This document shows, one piece after another, positions 56,901-64,000 of a stretch of 64,000 bases of DNA. The stretch covers positions 80,073-144,072 of the IMG/VR virus record IMGVR_UViG_3300032308_002078; one strand, given 5' to 3'. Origin of the DNA: a virus. Taxonomy: Duplodnaviria > Heunggongvirae > Uroviricota > Caudoviricetes. The number at the start of each line of letters is the position of its first letter. The stretch's first letter is position 1. Made by a program: the position numbers and the translations under genes. The notes below the pieces were generated by a model, which was not told where the DNA came from, did no database searches, and saw only the letters and a list, made by a program, of their open reading frames with translations.

Positions 56901-59710
56901 CATCAGGTAATTCAAATACCTCAGGTACAAGCGGTTCAGGTGGTTCAAATGGAACCACAGGAAATGCCGGCAACTCAGGTCAATCAAGTACTTCAGGTAC
57001 AAGTGGATCAAGTGGTTCAACAGGTACAAGTGGTTTAAGTCAAACAAGTGGTTCAAATGGTACTTCAGGATCTAGTGGATCAACAGGTTCAGCCGGTTCT
57101 TCAGGTAATAGCGATACTTCTGGTTTTTCAGGTACAAGTGGTTCTGCTGGTTCATCAGGATCTTCAGGTTCTACAGGTTCCTCAGGAACTAGTGGGGCAA
57201 GTAATACAGCAGGTTCTTCAGGTTCAAGTGGTACATCAGGTACTTCTGGCACTTCAGGTTCTAGTGGTTCTTCAGGTTCAACCGGTACATCAGGTGTAGA
57301 CGGAGGTTCAGGAGTTTCAGCAACCTCTGGTACATCAGGCTCAAGTGGTTCAAATGGTAGCACAGGTGCTGCTGGTACTTCAGGGGCTAGTCAAACTAGT
57401 GGTTCTAGTGGATCAAGTGGTTCACAAGGTACCACTGGTAATATTGGTACTTCTGGAGCTAGTCAAACTAGTGGATCAAGTGGTTCAGCAGGTTCTAATG
57501 GAACAACAGGAGACGCAGGTACATCAGGATCTTCTAATACTTCAGGCACCTCAGGATCAGCAGGTTCTAATGGAACTACAGGTAACGCAGGTACTTCAGG
57601 TGCCTCTAATACCTCGGGTTCATCAGGTTCAAGTGGTTCCTCAGGTTCTTCTGGTACAACTGGTACTTCAGGTTTAGCGGGTGCTAGTGGTATTTCAAAT
57701 ACATCAGGCACAAGTGGTTCTTCTGGTTCAAATGGAACTACAGGGGCAGCAGGTACATCAGGTTCAAGTCAAACAAGTGGTACAAGTGGATCTAATGGAT
57801 CTCAAGGTACAACAGGAGCAGCTGGTACTTCAGGCAATTCTAATACCTCAGGTACTAGTGGTTCAGGTGGATCACAAGGTACAACAGGTAATGCAGGTAC
57901 ATCAGGTGCCTCTAATACAAGTGGTACAAGCGGCTCAGGTGGTTCTAATGGAACAACAGGGGCAGCAGGTACATCAGGCTCAAGTAATACATCTGGTACA
58001 AGTGGTTCCTCAGGAACTTCAGGTATAGCAGGTGCTGCTGGTTTCTCAGCCCAAAGTGCAACCTCTGGTACTTCAGGTTCAGCAGGTTCAAATGGAACAG
58101 GTGGAGCAGCAGGTACATCAGGAGCAAGTAATACAAGCGGTTCTAGTGGTTCAGCTGGTTCTCAAGGTACAACAGGTAATGCTGGTACTTCTGGGGCCTC
58201 AAACACTTCAGGTACAAGTGGCTCAGCAGGTACAAATGGTACAACAGGAGCAGCTGGTATTTCAGGCTCAAGCAATACTTCAGGAACAAGTGGTTCAGGT
58301 GGTTCTAACGGAACAACAGGTGCCGCTGGAGCTTCAGGTTCATCTAATACATCTGGTACTTCAGGTTCAGGAGGTTCTGCTGGTACTGCTGGTGCGGCCG
58401 GTGCTTCAGGCTCAAGTAATACCTCAGGTACTTCTGGATCAGGAGGTTCTGCTGGTACAGCAGGTGCCGCTGGAGCTTCAGGTTCAAGCAATACTTCAGG
58501 TACAAGTGGTTCAGGAGGTTCTAATGGAACTAATGGAGCTGCTGGAGCTTCAGGGACTTCTAATACAAGTGGTACATCTGGTTCTTCAGGTTCATCTGGT
58601 TCTACAGGAACTTCAGGTGTAGATGGAGGTTCAGGTGTTTCAGCTACTTCAGGTACTTCAGGTTCTGCTGGATCTAATGGAACAACAGGTAATGCGGGCA
58701 CATCAGGAGCCTCAAATACTTCAGGTTCTGCTGGTTCAGCAGGTTCAAACGGAACTACAGGTAATGCAGGTACTTCAGGTGCCTCTAATACAAGTGGATC
58801 AAGTGGTTCAGCTGGTTCTTCAGGTACAACAGGTACTTCAGGATTAGCAGGTGCAAGCGGTATATCAAATACTTCAGGTACTGCTGGTTCAAGTGGTTCT
58901 AACGGAACTACAGGAGCTTCAGGAACATCAGGATCAAGTAATGTATCAGGTACTTCAGGTTCAGGTGGATCAAACGGTACAACAGGAGCAGCTGGTACTT
59001 CAGGAAATTCAAATGTTTCTGGTACATCAGGATCAGGTGGTTCAAATGGAACTACAGGAGCTGCAGGTACATCAGGATCATCAAACACTTCAGGAACATC
59101 AGGTTCTTCTGGTACTTCTGGTATAGCAGGTGCTGCTGGTTTATCTGCTCAAAGTGGCACTTCAGGTACAAGCGGTTCAGCAGGTACAGCAGGTCTTACA
59201 TTTAATGGTTCCTCAGGAATAAGTGGTGGTACATTTAGTAATCAACCTGATTATTTAGTACGTACTACAGGAACTACTACTATACAAAGTGTATCTTTCT
59301 TATATACTGATGTTACAAATAGTCGATTAGGTATTGGTACTACTTCTCCATCATATAAATTACATGTAAATGGAGCTGTAAGTGGTATATCTATTTACGC
59401 ATCAGATGATATTCAAGCATTCTCAGATCAAAGAGTTAAAGGTGATGTTAAATTAGTAAAAGATGCTATTGATAAAATTAATCAAATTAATGGTGTAACA
59501 TTTACAAGATTAGATGCTACTAGTGATAACAAACATAGACATGCCGGTGTAATTGCTCAAGAAGTAGAAAAAGTACTCCCAGAAGTAGTACATACAGATC
59601 CTCAAACAGGATTAAAATCAGTAGCTTATGGTAACTTAAATGCTTTGTTAATTGAAGCTATTAAAGAATTAAGTAAAAAAGTAGAAGAATTAGAGAATAA
59701 GTTAAAATGA
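53975..59710 (+). CDS. Very long Gly-X-Y (Ser/Thr-rich) tail fibre with C-terminal peptidase S74 intramolecular chaperone
   Basis: About 1690 aa of G-S/T-S triplets. C-terminal SDQRVK...INGVTF...GVIAQEVEKVLPEVV...VAYGNLNALLIEAIKEL. Confidence 0.85.
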   Translation: MAENRYRGNNRLDNPNQGRGFFDRSLAFNKFNLPIVTEGWEGYVLTINDDGVVSLVLSGNGGSGTTGTSGTSGTSGSSGTSGSSGLSGSNGTSGINGSSGTSGSTAGTSGTSTTSGSSGTSGSSGSTGSFGTSGIEGTSGTSGGTSGTSGTSGSSGSSGTAGSSGSSGSNGSSGNGGNSGQSSTSGTSGSSGTAGTSGLSQTSGTVGTSGSAGSSGTADTSGTSGSSGSSGSNGNAGNSGQSSTSGTSGSSGTTGTSGLSQTSGTTGTSGTSGLSGSTGSSGSSGADGTSGTSGTSGSSGSSGSNGSSGADGSSGTSGTSGTSGSSGSNGSSGNAGNSGQSSTSGTSGSSGSTGTSGLSQSSGSSGSSGSSGSIGTSGASNTSGTNGTSGSSGSSGSTGTSGVDGGSGASSTSGTSGSSGSAGSAGTFGTSGNAGTSGLSNTSGSSGSAGSFGTTGDAGTSGSSNTSGTSGSGGSNGTTGNAGNSGQSSTSGTSGSSGSTGTSGLSQSSGSAGSSGSSGSTGTSGSSGSSGSTGSSGSSGADGSSGSSGTSGSSGSTGSYGTSGDAGTSGNSNTSGTSGSGGSNGTTGNAGNSGQSSTSGTSGSSGSTGTSGLSQTSGTNGTSGTSGSTGSVGSSGGDGTSGSSGTSGSSGSTGSAGSSGDSQTSGSSGSSGSSGSAGTTGTSGLAGASGLSNTSGTSGSGGSNGSSGAAGSAGTSGTAGTSGSSGTSGSSGSTGSSGSSGADGTSGSAGTSGSSGSTGTFGTSGDAGTAGNSNTSGTSGSSGSNGTTGNAGNSGQSSTSGTSGSSGSTGTSGLSQTSGTNGSSGSSGLSGTAGTAGSSGTAGSTGTNGSSGNAGTSGSSNTSGSSGSSGTSGIAGAAGFSAQSATSGTSGSSGSNGTTGAAGTSGSSQTSGSAGSSGSQGSTGAAGTSGLSQTSGSSGSSGSQGSTGAAGTSGASNTSGSSGSAGSFGTTGDAGTSGNSNTSGTSGSGGSNGTTGNAGNSGQSSTSGTSGSSGSTGTSGLSQTSGSNGTSGSSGSTGSAGSSGNSDTSGFSGTSGSAGSSGSSGSTGSSGTSGASNTAGSSGSSGTSGTSGTSGSSGSSGSTGTSGVDGGSGVSATSGTSGSSGSNGSTGAAGTSGASQTSGSSGSSGSQGTTGNIGTSGASQTSGSSGSAGSNGTTGDAGTSGSSNTSGTSGSAGSNGTTGNAGTSGASNTSGSSGSSGSSGSSGTTGTSGLAGASGISNTSGTSGSSGSNGTTGAAGTSGSSQTSGTSGSNGSQGTTGAAGTSGNSNTSGTSGSGGSQGTTGNAGTSGASNTSGTSGSGGSNGTTGAAGTSGSSNTSGTSGSSGTSGIAGAAGFSAQSATSGTSGSAGSNGTGGAAGTSGASNTSGSSGSAGSQGTTGNAGTSGASNTSGTSGSAGTNGTTGAAGISGSSNTSGTSGSGGSNGTTGAAGASGSSNTSGTSGSGGSAGTAGAAGASGSSNTSGTSGSGGSAGTAGAAGASGSSNTSGTSGSGGSNGTNGAAGASGTSNTSGTSGSSGSSGSTGTSGVDGGSGVSATSGTSGSAGSNGTTGNAGTSGASNTSGSAGSAGSNGTTGNAGTSGASNTSGSSGSAGSSGTTGTSGLAGASGISNTSGTAGSSGSNGTTGASGTSGSSNVSGTSGSGGSNGTTGAAGTSGNSNVSGTSGSGGSNGTTGAAGTSGSSNTSGTSGSSGTSGIAGAAGLSAQSGTSGTSGSAGTAGLTFNGSSGISGGTFSNQPDYLVRTTGTTTIQSVSFLYTDVTNSRLGIGTTSPSYKLHVNGAVSGISIYASDDIQAFSDQRVKGDVKLVKDAIDKINQINGVTFTRLDATSDNKHRHAGVIAQEVEKVLPEVVHTDPQTGLKSVAYGNLNALLIEAIKELSKKVEELENKLK
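54149..59228 (+). repeat. Degenerate 9-bp coding tandem repeat with higher-order blocks
   Basis: Continuous GGT-ACT-TCA / GGT-TCA-AGT type units; recurring blocks such as GNSGQSSTSGTSGSSG. Confidence 0.95.
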
Positions 59711-60384
59711 CACTTCCAACCTCAAATATTAGTTTTAAAAACATATGGGAAGAAGCTAATGGCACTTACTCTTCAGGTATTATTAGTTTGTTAACTATGA
59801 GTTTTTTTTCCTATTTTGCTGGTCCTAATGGTTCTAGTTCTCAAACAACTAATAATTGGGGCCAAGGTGAAGGATCAGGAGCTAATAGAATATATGGTAC
59901 AACAGCCAAAACAACAGGAATACAAGTAGGAGATTTTGATGGACTAACATATTATTATGACAATTCAACTTTTCAAGTCACATTAGATGTAACCAATAAC
60001 AAAACAAATCCAGCTCCCCCTCCTCCAGTAGATAACGCAGTTAATGTTAATGTTGAATTATATGATTCTACATTTTCATATCAATATGTTCAAGGTGGAG
60101 GTATGGCTATGGCTCCTGGTACTTATGGGCCTTCAGCAGTTAGTCAACCTACAGGAGATCCTATTATTTTTAGAGGATACTGGATAGTTACAATTTCAGG
60201 AGCAAACCCTACATTTGCTGGAGGTACATGTAATATTGATATAAATGGAACTAATTATGTGACTGGAGGTACTTTATCAGCCGGTCCAACTCCTAATACA
60301 TTTAATTCAACAACATACGGAACAGCAGATGTAACTTCATATAGTGGTTATACAGGTTTGTATTTCACAGTAACTATAAATTAA
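59707..60384 (+). CDS. Fibre-associated distal / receptor-binding protein
   Basis: MTLPTSNISFKNIWEE N-terminus typical of genes following S74 fibres; beta-rich; ATGA coupling. Confidence 0.5.
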   Translation: MTLPTSNISFKNIWEEANGTYSSGIISLLTMSFFSYFAGPNGSSSQTTNNWGQGEGSGANRIYGTTAKTTGIQVGDFDGLTYYYDNSTFQVTLDVTNNKTNPAPPPPVDNAVNVNVELYDSTFSYQYVQGGGMAMAPGTYGPSAVSQPTGDPIIFRGYWIVTISGANPTFAGGTCNIDINGTNYVTGGTLSAGPTPNTFNSTTYGTADVTSYSGYTGLYFTVTIN

Positions 60385-60396
60385 TTTTTAATAAAA

Positions 60397-60430
60397 TTTG
60401 GATATTTAACTTACTTTTTATATATTTATA
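60397..60430 (+). promoter_or_regulatory. Bipartite promoter TTTGG-N19-TATATT with overlapping TATTTATA box
   Basis: TTTGG at 60397-60401 and TATATT at 60421-60426. Heads the glycosyltransferase operon. Confidence 0.6.
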
Positions 60431-60461
60431 GATATAAACTGTTACAAACAAAAATAAATTT

Positions 60462-60659
60462 ATGGCTACTAAAAAATTAACTAAAAAAGAGATTGAAGCT
60501 CGAAAAGTAGAAATTGTTAAGTTTTACAATGAATTGAAAGAAGAAGAAGCTGAATTGGGTAAAACATTGTCTGAAAAGTATGGTGTAGGCTCAATCAACA
60601 CTGAGAGTGGAGAATTTATTCCTTCTGAAATAGAAAATACTGAAGTCGCTTCCTTCTAA
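60462..60659 (+). CDS. Small coiled-coil protein, possibly a fibre assembly chaperone
   Basis: 65 aa; LSEKYGVGSINTESGEF. Confidence 0.45.
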   Translation: MATKKLTKKEIEARKVEIVKFYNELKEEEAELGKTLSEKYGVGSINTESGEFIPSEIENTEVASF

Positions 60660-60677
60660 TCTTATTTTAAAGGTTAT

Positions 60678-62669
60678 ATGGAAAAACTACTATATGTAGC
60701 CCCCCATTTATCAACAGGGGGGCTGCCTCAATATCTAACTAAAAAAATAGAACTACTCAAAAATAATTTTGAGATTTATTTAGCTGAATGGTCAGATTGT
60801 ACTGGGGGTGTATTAGTAGTTACTCGTAACAAAATTGTAAAGCTTGTTGATAAAGACAAGTTTTTTACTTTAGGAGACAACAAACAAGAACTTATTAATA
60901 TTATTAATCAGGTAAAACCTGATATTATCCATTTAGAGGAAATACCTGAGTTTTTTATGGATTTTAATATCGCAAACCAAATCTACACTCAGGATAGAAC
61001 CTATAAAATTGTAGAAACGTCTCACGATTCATCTTACGATATAACTCAAAAGAAATTCTTTCCTGACAAGTTTATGTTTGTGTCTCAATGGCAAATAAAT
61101 CAATATAAAGATATAGACATTCCTAAAGTATTAGTTGAATATCCTATAGAATATATTGATCGTCCTGACAGACAAGAGGCACTACAAAAATTAGGATTAG
61201 ATCCTGATAAAAAACATATTTTACATATTGGGTTATTTACTCCTCGTAAAAATCAAGCTGAGTTTTTTGCCTATGCTAAAGCATTACCACAACACGAATT
61301 CCATTGTGTAGGTAATCAAGCAGACAATTTTAAACATTACTGGGAACCATTAATGAATGATAAACCCGATAATTTAACTTGGTGGAATGAAAGAACAGAT
61401 GTAGATGCTTTTTATCAGGCTATGGATTTATTTTTATTTACATCCAGAGGTACAAACAATGATAAAGAAACAATGCCTTTAGTAATTAGGGAGGCTGTTT
61501 CATATCAAATACCAATTTTAATTCATAATCTACCTGTATATTTGAATTATTGGGATGATTATAATGTTAATTATTTAGATACAACAGACTTTAGTTATAA
61601 TTTAAGTTTAATTGAATCAAGTTTAAACTCTAGTAATTATATTAATGTAGAGGAAGAAGCAATTGTAGTTTCAACATATCCGTTATTAAATTCTATAGTT
61701 AAAACAACTAAAGAATGTATTGAGACTTTAAAACAAACAGGTAGAAAAATTATATTAACATCACATTTACCAATTCCTAAAGATTTACAGGAAATGGTTG
61801 ATTATTGTATTTACGATAAAAATAATTTACTAACAAAACATACATTCTATCAGTATACATGGTTTGATTTTGATAGTTGGAAAGTAGATTTAATGTTAAC
61901 AGGTGAAGATAATGATGTTTACCATGGACCTTCTGTTTATACAAACTATTACAATGCTGCCTCGTTAGCTAAAGATTTAGGTATTAAAAAATTATATTTC
62001 TTAAATTATGATTACCATTTAAAAAATACATCTTATATTGATAATATATCTTTAATACTAAATAATAAAAAAGCATATGTTGGTCTAAGAGAAGAACAAG
62101 AAGGTAATACAATTATTACTTATTTCTTAGCATCAGAACCTAAATTCTATTTAGATCATTTTCCATTAATTCAAACATCTAAAGAATATGATGATTTGAT
62201 GATAAAATGGGGTAGTGAATCTAATGGTTTAGAAAATTTAACTTACCACACATTTAATCAAGATAAAGATAAAATATATTGGGAAGATAAACTAAATTTT
62301 ACCAAATTAATAGATGAAAATTTTGAACATAAAGATTATTCAAGAGTAGAATATTTTTCTGTACTACCTGTTAAAGATCATCCTGAACAATTTGCTGTAT
62401 TTTTAAGTATAGCTAATTCCACAGATAATAGAGATATTGAAATAGCTGTTTATGAGGATGATAAAATGTTATTTGATGAAACAGTAAAAGTAACTCATAA
62501 ATTATCTTGGTTTAGACAAGTAGTATTTAATCCTGAAAAAACATATAAAGTATATTATAGTGCTTTTGATAGATACAATCAAAATTTAGTTGAAACTAAA
62601 AAAATTATAATAAATAAAGAATATTTTGAAAACCAATTACCTAAAAACGGATTTTTAACACTATTATGA
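60678..62669 (+). CDS. Two-domain glycosyltransferase (GT-B/GT4-like N-terminus plus a second putative GT domain)
   Basis: PHLSTGGLPQY, PDIIHL, GLFTPRKNQ and FYQAMDLFLFTS...ETMPLVIREA motifs. C-terminal IILTSH...DY.IYD and FLNYD. Confidence 0.8.
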   Translation: MEKLLYVAPHLSTGGLPQYLTKKIELLKNNFEIYLAEWSDCTGGVLVVTRNKIVKLVDKDKFFTLGDNKQELINIINQVKPDIIHLEEIPEFFMDFNIANQIYTQDRTYKIVETSHDSSYDITQKKFFPDKFMFVSQWQINQYKDIDIPKVLVEYPIEYIDRPDRQEALQKLGLDPDKKHILHIGLFTPRKNQAEFFAYAKALPQHEFHCVGNQADNFKHYWEPLMNDKPDNLTWWNERTDVDAFYQAMDLFLFTSRGTNNDKETMPLVIREAVSYQIPILIHNLPVYLNYWDDYNVNYLDTTDFSYNLSLIESSLNSSNYINVEEEAIVVSTYPLLNSIVKTTKECIETLKQTGRKIILTSHLPIPKDLQEMVDYCIYDKNNLLTKHTFYQYTWFDFDSWKVDLMLTGEDNDVYHGPSVYTNYYNAASLAKDLGIKKLYFLNYDYHLKNTSYIDNISLILNNKKAYVGLREEQEGNTIITYFLASEPKFYLDHFPLIQTSKEYDDLMIKWGSESNGLENLTYHTFNQDKDKIYWEDKLNFTKLIDENFEHKDYSRVEYFSVLPVKDHPEQFAVFLSIANSTDNRDIEIAVYEDDKMLFDETVKVTHKLSWFRQVVFNPEKTYKVYYSAFDRYNQNLVETKKIIINKEYFENQLPKNGFLTLL

Positions 62670-63613
62670 GAATTTGTCAAGTAAATCCTGGTTGTGGAAT
62701 ACCCATCCCTCCTCCATCATGGGGTGCAATTGAAAAAATTGTATGGGAATTAACCTGTAATTTAAAAGAATTAGGCCATGAAGTAAATATAAAATGGGCT
62801 AATGAAATCCATTCTGGAGAATATGATTTAGTTATAGTACATGTGGCTAATTTAGCGCTAAAATTAGCGTCTAAAAACGTATCATATGTGTTTCAACACC
62901 ACGACCATCATGCTTACCATTACGGAAAGGACTCTATTATATATAAACAAAATAGAGAAGCTATGGAAAAATCAGTTTTCTCCTTAGTACCAGCTCGTTA
63001 TTTAGTTGATTATTTTGATTTACCTAATGTGCATTATTTTTCACATGGAGTAAATACAGAAACTTTTAAACCAAATGATACAACATCTATTTATCATAGT
63101 TTATTAATGTTAGCAAATAATGGTTTAGGTGGTTATGGTTCATATGATAGAAAAGGATTTGAGTTAGGTATAAAAACAGCTATGGCTTCTAATTTACCTA
63201 TTACTATTGCTGGACCTAAAAATAATGAAAATTGGTTTAATGATAATCCATGGGTATTTGGTTATCCTAAATTAAGTGTTATAAGTGAACCTACAAATGA
63301 ACAATTAAGACAATTATATAATTCTCACACTATATTTTTACATCCTAGTGATTTAGAGGCAGGCCATCCTAATTTAACTTTATTAGAGGCAGCCGCTTGT
63401 GGTTTACCTATTTTAGGTTGGATTGAAGAAGAAACTACATTTCATGGTTTATGGAGAACACCTCGTGATTTAAGAGAAATGTTACGAGGATTAAATGTTA
63501 TTATAGATGAATATAATACTTACAGACAAAATGCTTTAAAAACAGCAGATGAATTGTCTTGGTTAAATCGTTCAAAAGAATTAATACAGTTATATGAAAG
63601 ACTTACTAATTAA
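62666..63613 (+). CDS. Glycosyltransferase family 4 (GT-B)
   Basis: WGAIEKIV, HGVNTETF, RKGFEL and FLHPSDLEAGHPNLTLLEAAACGLPI motifs. Confidence 0.85.
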   Translation: MRICQVNPGCGIPIPPPSWGAIEKIVWELTCNLKELGHEVNIKWANEIHSGEYDLVIVHVANLALKLASKNVSYVFQHHDHHAYHYGKDSIIYKQNREAMEKSVFSLVPARYLVDYFDLPNVHYFSHGVNTETFKPNDTTSIYHSLLMLANNGLGGYGSYDRKGFELGIKTAMASNLPITIAGPKNNENWFNDNPWVFGYPKLSVISEPTNEQLRQLYNSHTIFLHPSDLEAGHPNLTLLEAAACGLPILGWIEEETTFHGLWRTPRDLREMLRGLNVIIDEYNTYRQNALKTADELSWLNRSKELIQLYERLTN

Positions 63614-64000
63614 AGAATATAAAAATACTAAAATTTTAAATATAAAAAGCAAAAAACCTTCAAACACTTTTAATGTTAATTTTGTTGATGGTGCTTTTTT
63701 AGAAGTAGTAGGTCCTTTAAAAGAAGAATATAAAGTTACTTTTACAAATACTAAAACTAATGAAATAGTTCATAATAGTGTTATTAATAATAACATGTGG
63801 ACTCGTACTAGTATAAAGTATTATGTTGATTGGAAAATAGAAGTATACAATAATACATCAGGAGAAAAAGTATATGAACATATTTTTAACCCTAGAAATA
63901 AAAGAGTTTATATACATTTAGATTCAGGGGCAGTAGGTGATACTTTAGCTTGGTTTCCTTATGCTGAAGAATTTAGAAAAAAATGGGATTGTGAGGTAAT
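63594..64000 (+). CDS. TibC/Aah (BAHT)-like protein O-glycosyltransferase, 3'-truncated by the window; not in the ORF track
   Basis: Translates as MKDLLIKEY...FNVNFVDGAFLEV...NMWTRTSIKYYVDWKIEV...KRVYIHLDSGAVGDTLAWFPYAEEFRKKWDCEV. Matches remembered TibC/Aah motifs F.DG, KYYV...I.V and G..GD..AWFPY.E.F. Confidence 0.7.
   Translation, partial: MKDLLIKEYKNTKILNIKSKKPSNTFNVNFVDGAFLEVVGPLKEEYKVTFTNTKTNEIVHNSVINNNMWTRTSIKYYVDWKIEVYNNTSGEKVYEHIFNPRNKRVYIHLDSGAVGDTLAWFPYAEEFRKKWDCEV

Noticed and set aside
54100-59126. Many minus-strand Pro/Glu/Val ORFs (PEVPEEP...) and off-frame plus-strand Val/Leu/Gln ORFs
   Set aside because: They are shadows of the GGT-ACT-TCA type repeat, which lacks stops in several frames. 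They have no independent start signals or domains.
54149-59228. CRISPR array or diversity-generating retroelement
   Set aside because: The repeats are degenerate in-frame codon triplets with no constant repeat and unique spacers. No reverse transcriptase or adenine-specific TR/VR pair is visible.
60678-63613. T4-type DNA alpha/beta-glucosyltransferases
   Set aside because: No hydroxymethylase is in the window, and the context (fibre plus TibC-like gene) favours protein or glycan acceptors. It is not excluded.
1-64000. tRNA/rRNA genes and stop-codon reassignment
   Set aside because: No cloverleaf or rRNA-like stretch was seen, and intergenic gaps are short. Conserved genes are full length in the standard code, with TAA, TAG and TGA all used as stops.

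Overview
This is a 64-kb segment of a large, AT-rich, T4-like (contractile-tailed) bacteriophage genome. Every credible gene is on the + strand. The host is probably in Bacteroidota: there are no Shine-Dalgarno sites, the promoters resemble TTTG-N~20-TAnnTTT, and there is an Hc1-like histone gene. Gene order: HD hydrolase and phage sigma factor; baseplate module; two GIY-YIG nucleases, primase and exonuclease; a ~20-kb block of proteins with T4-like N-terminal capsid-targeting/protease-site signatures, several built as chains of small modules separated by [LIVM]-x-E sites; an FAD oxidoreductase and kinase; a spanin-like pair; the head module (TerL, portal, prohead protease, scaffold, major capsid); an amidinotransferase + pyruvoyl-decarboxylase-like + PhoH operon; neck proteins; a 1911-aa Gly-Ser/Thr triplet-repeat fibre with an S74 chaperone; and a glycosyltransferase cluster ending in a TibC/Aah (BAHT)-like protein O-glycosyltransferase that the window end truncates. 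Best candidate novel system: phage-encoded O-glycosylation of a very long Ser/Thr-rich fibre and possibly other virion surface proteins. Next best: the protease-processed packaged cargo polyproteins and the amidinotransferase/decarboxylase pair. All family assignments come from motif recognition by eye; no database searches were run.
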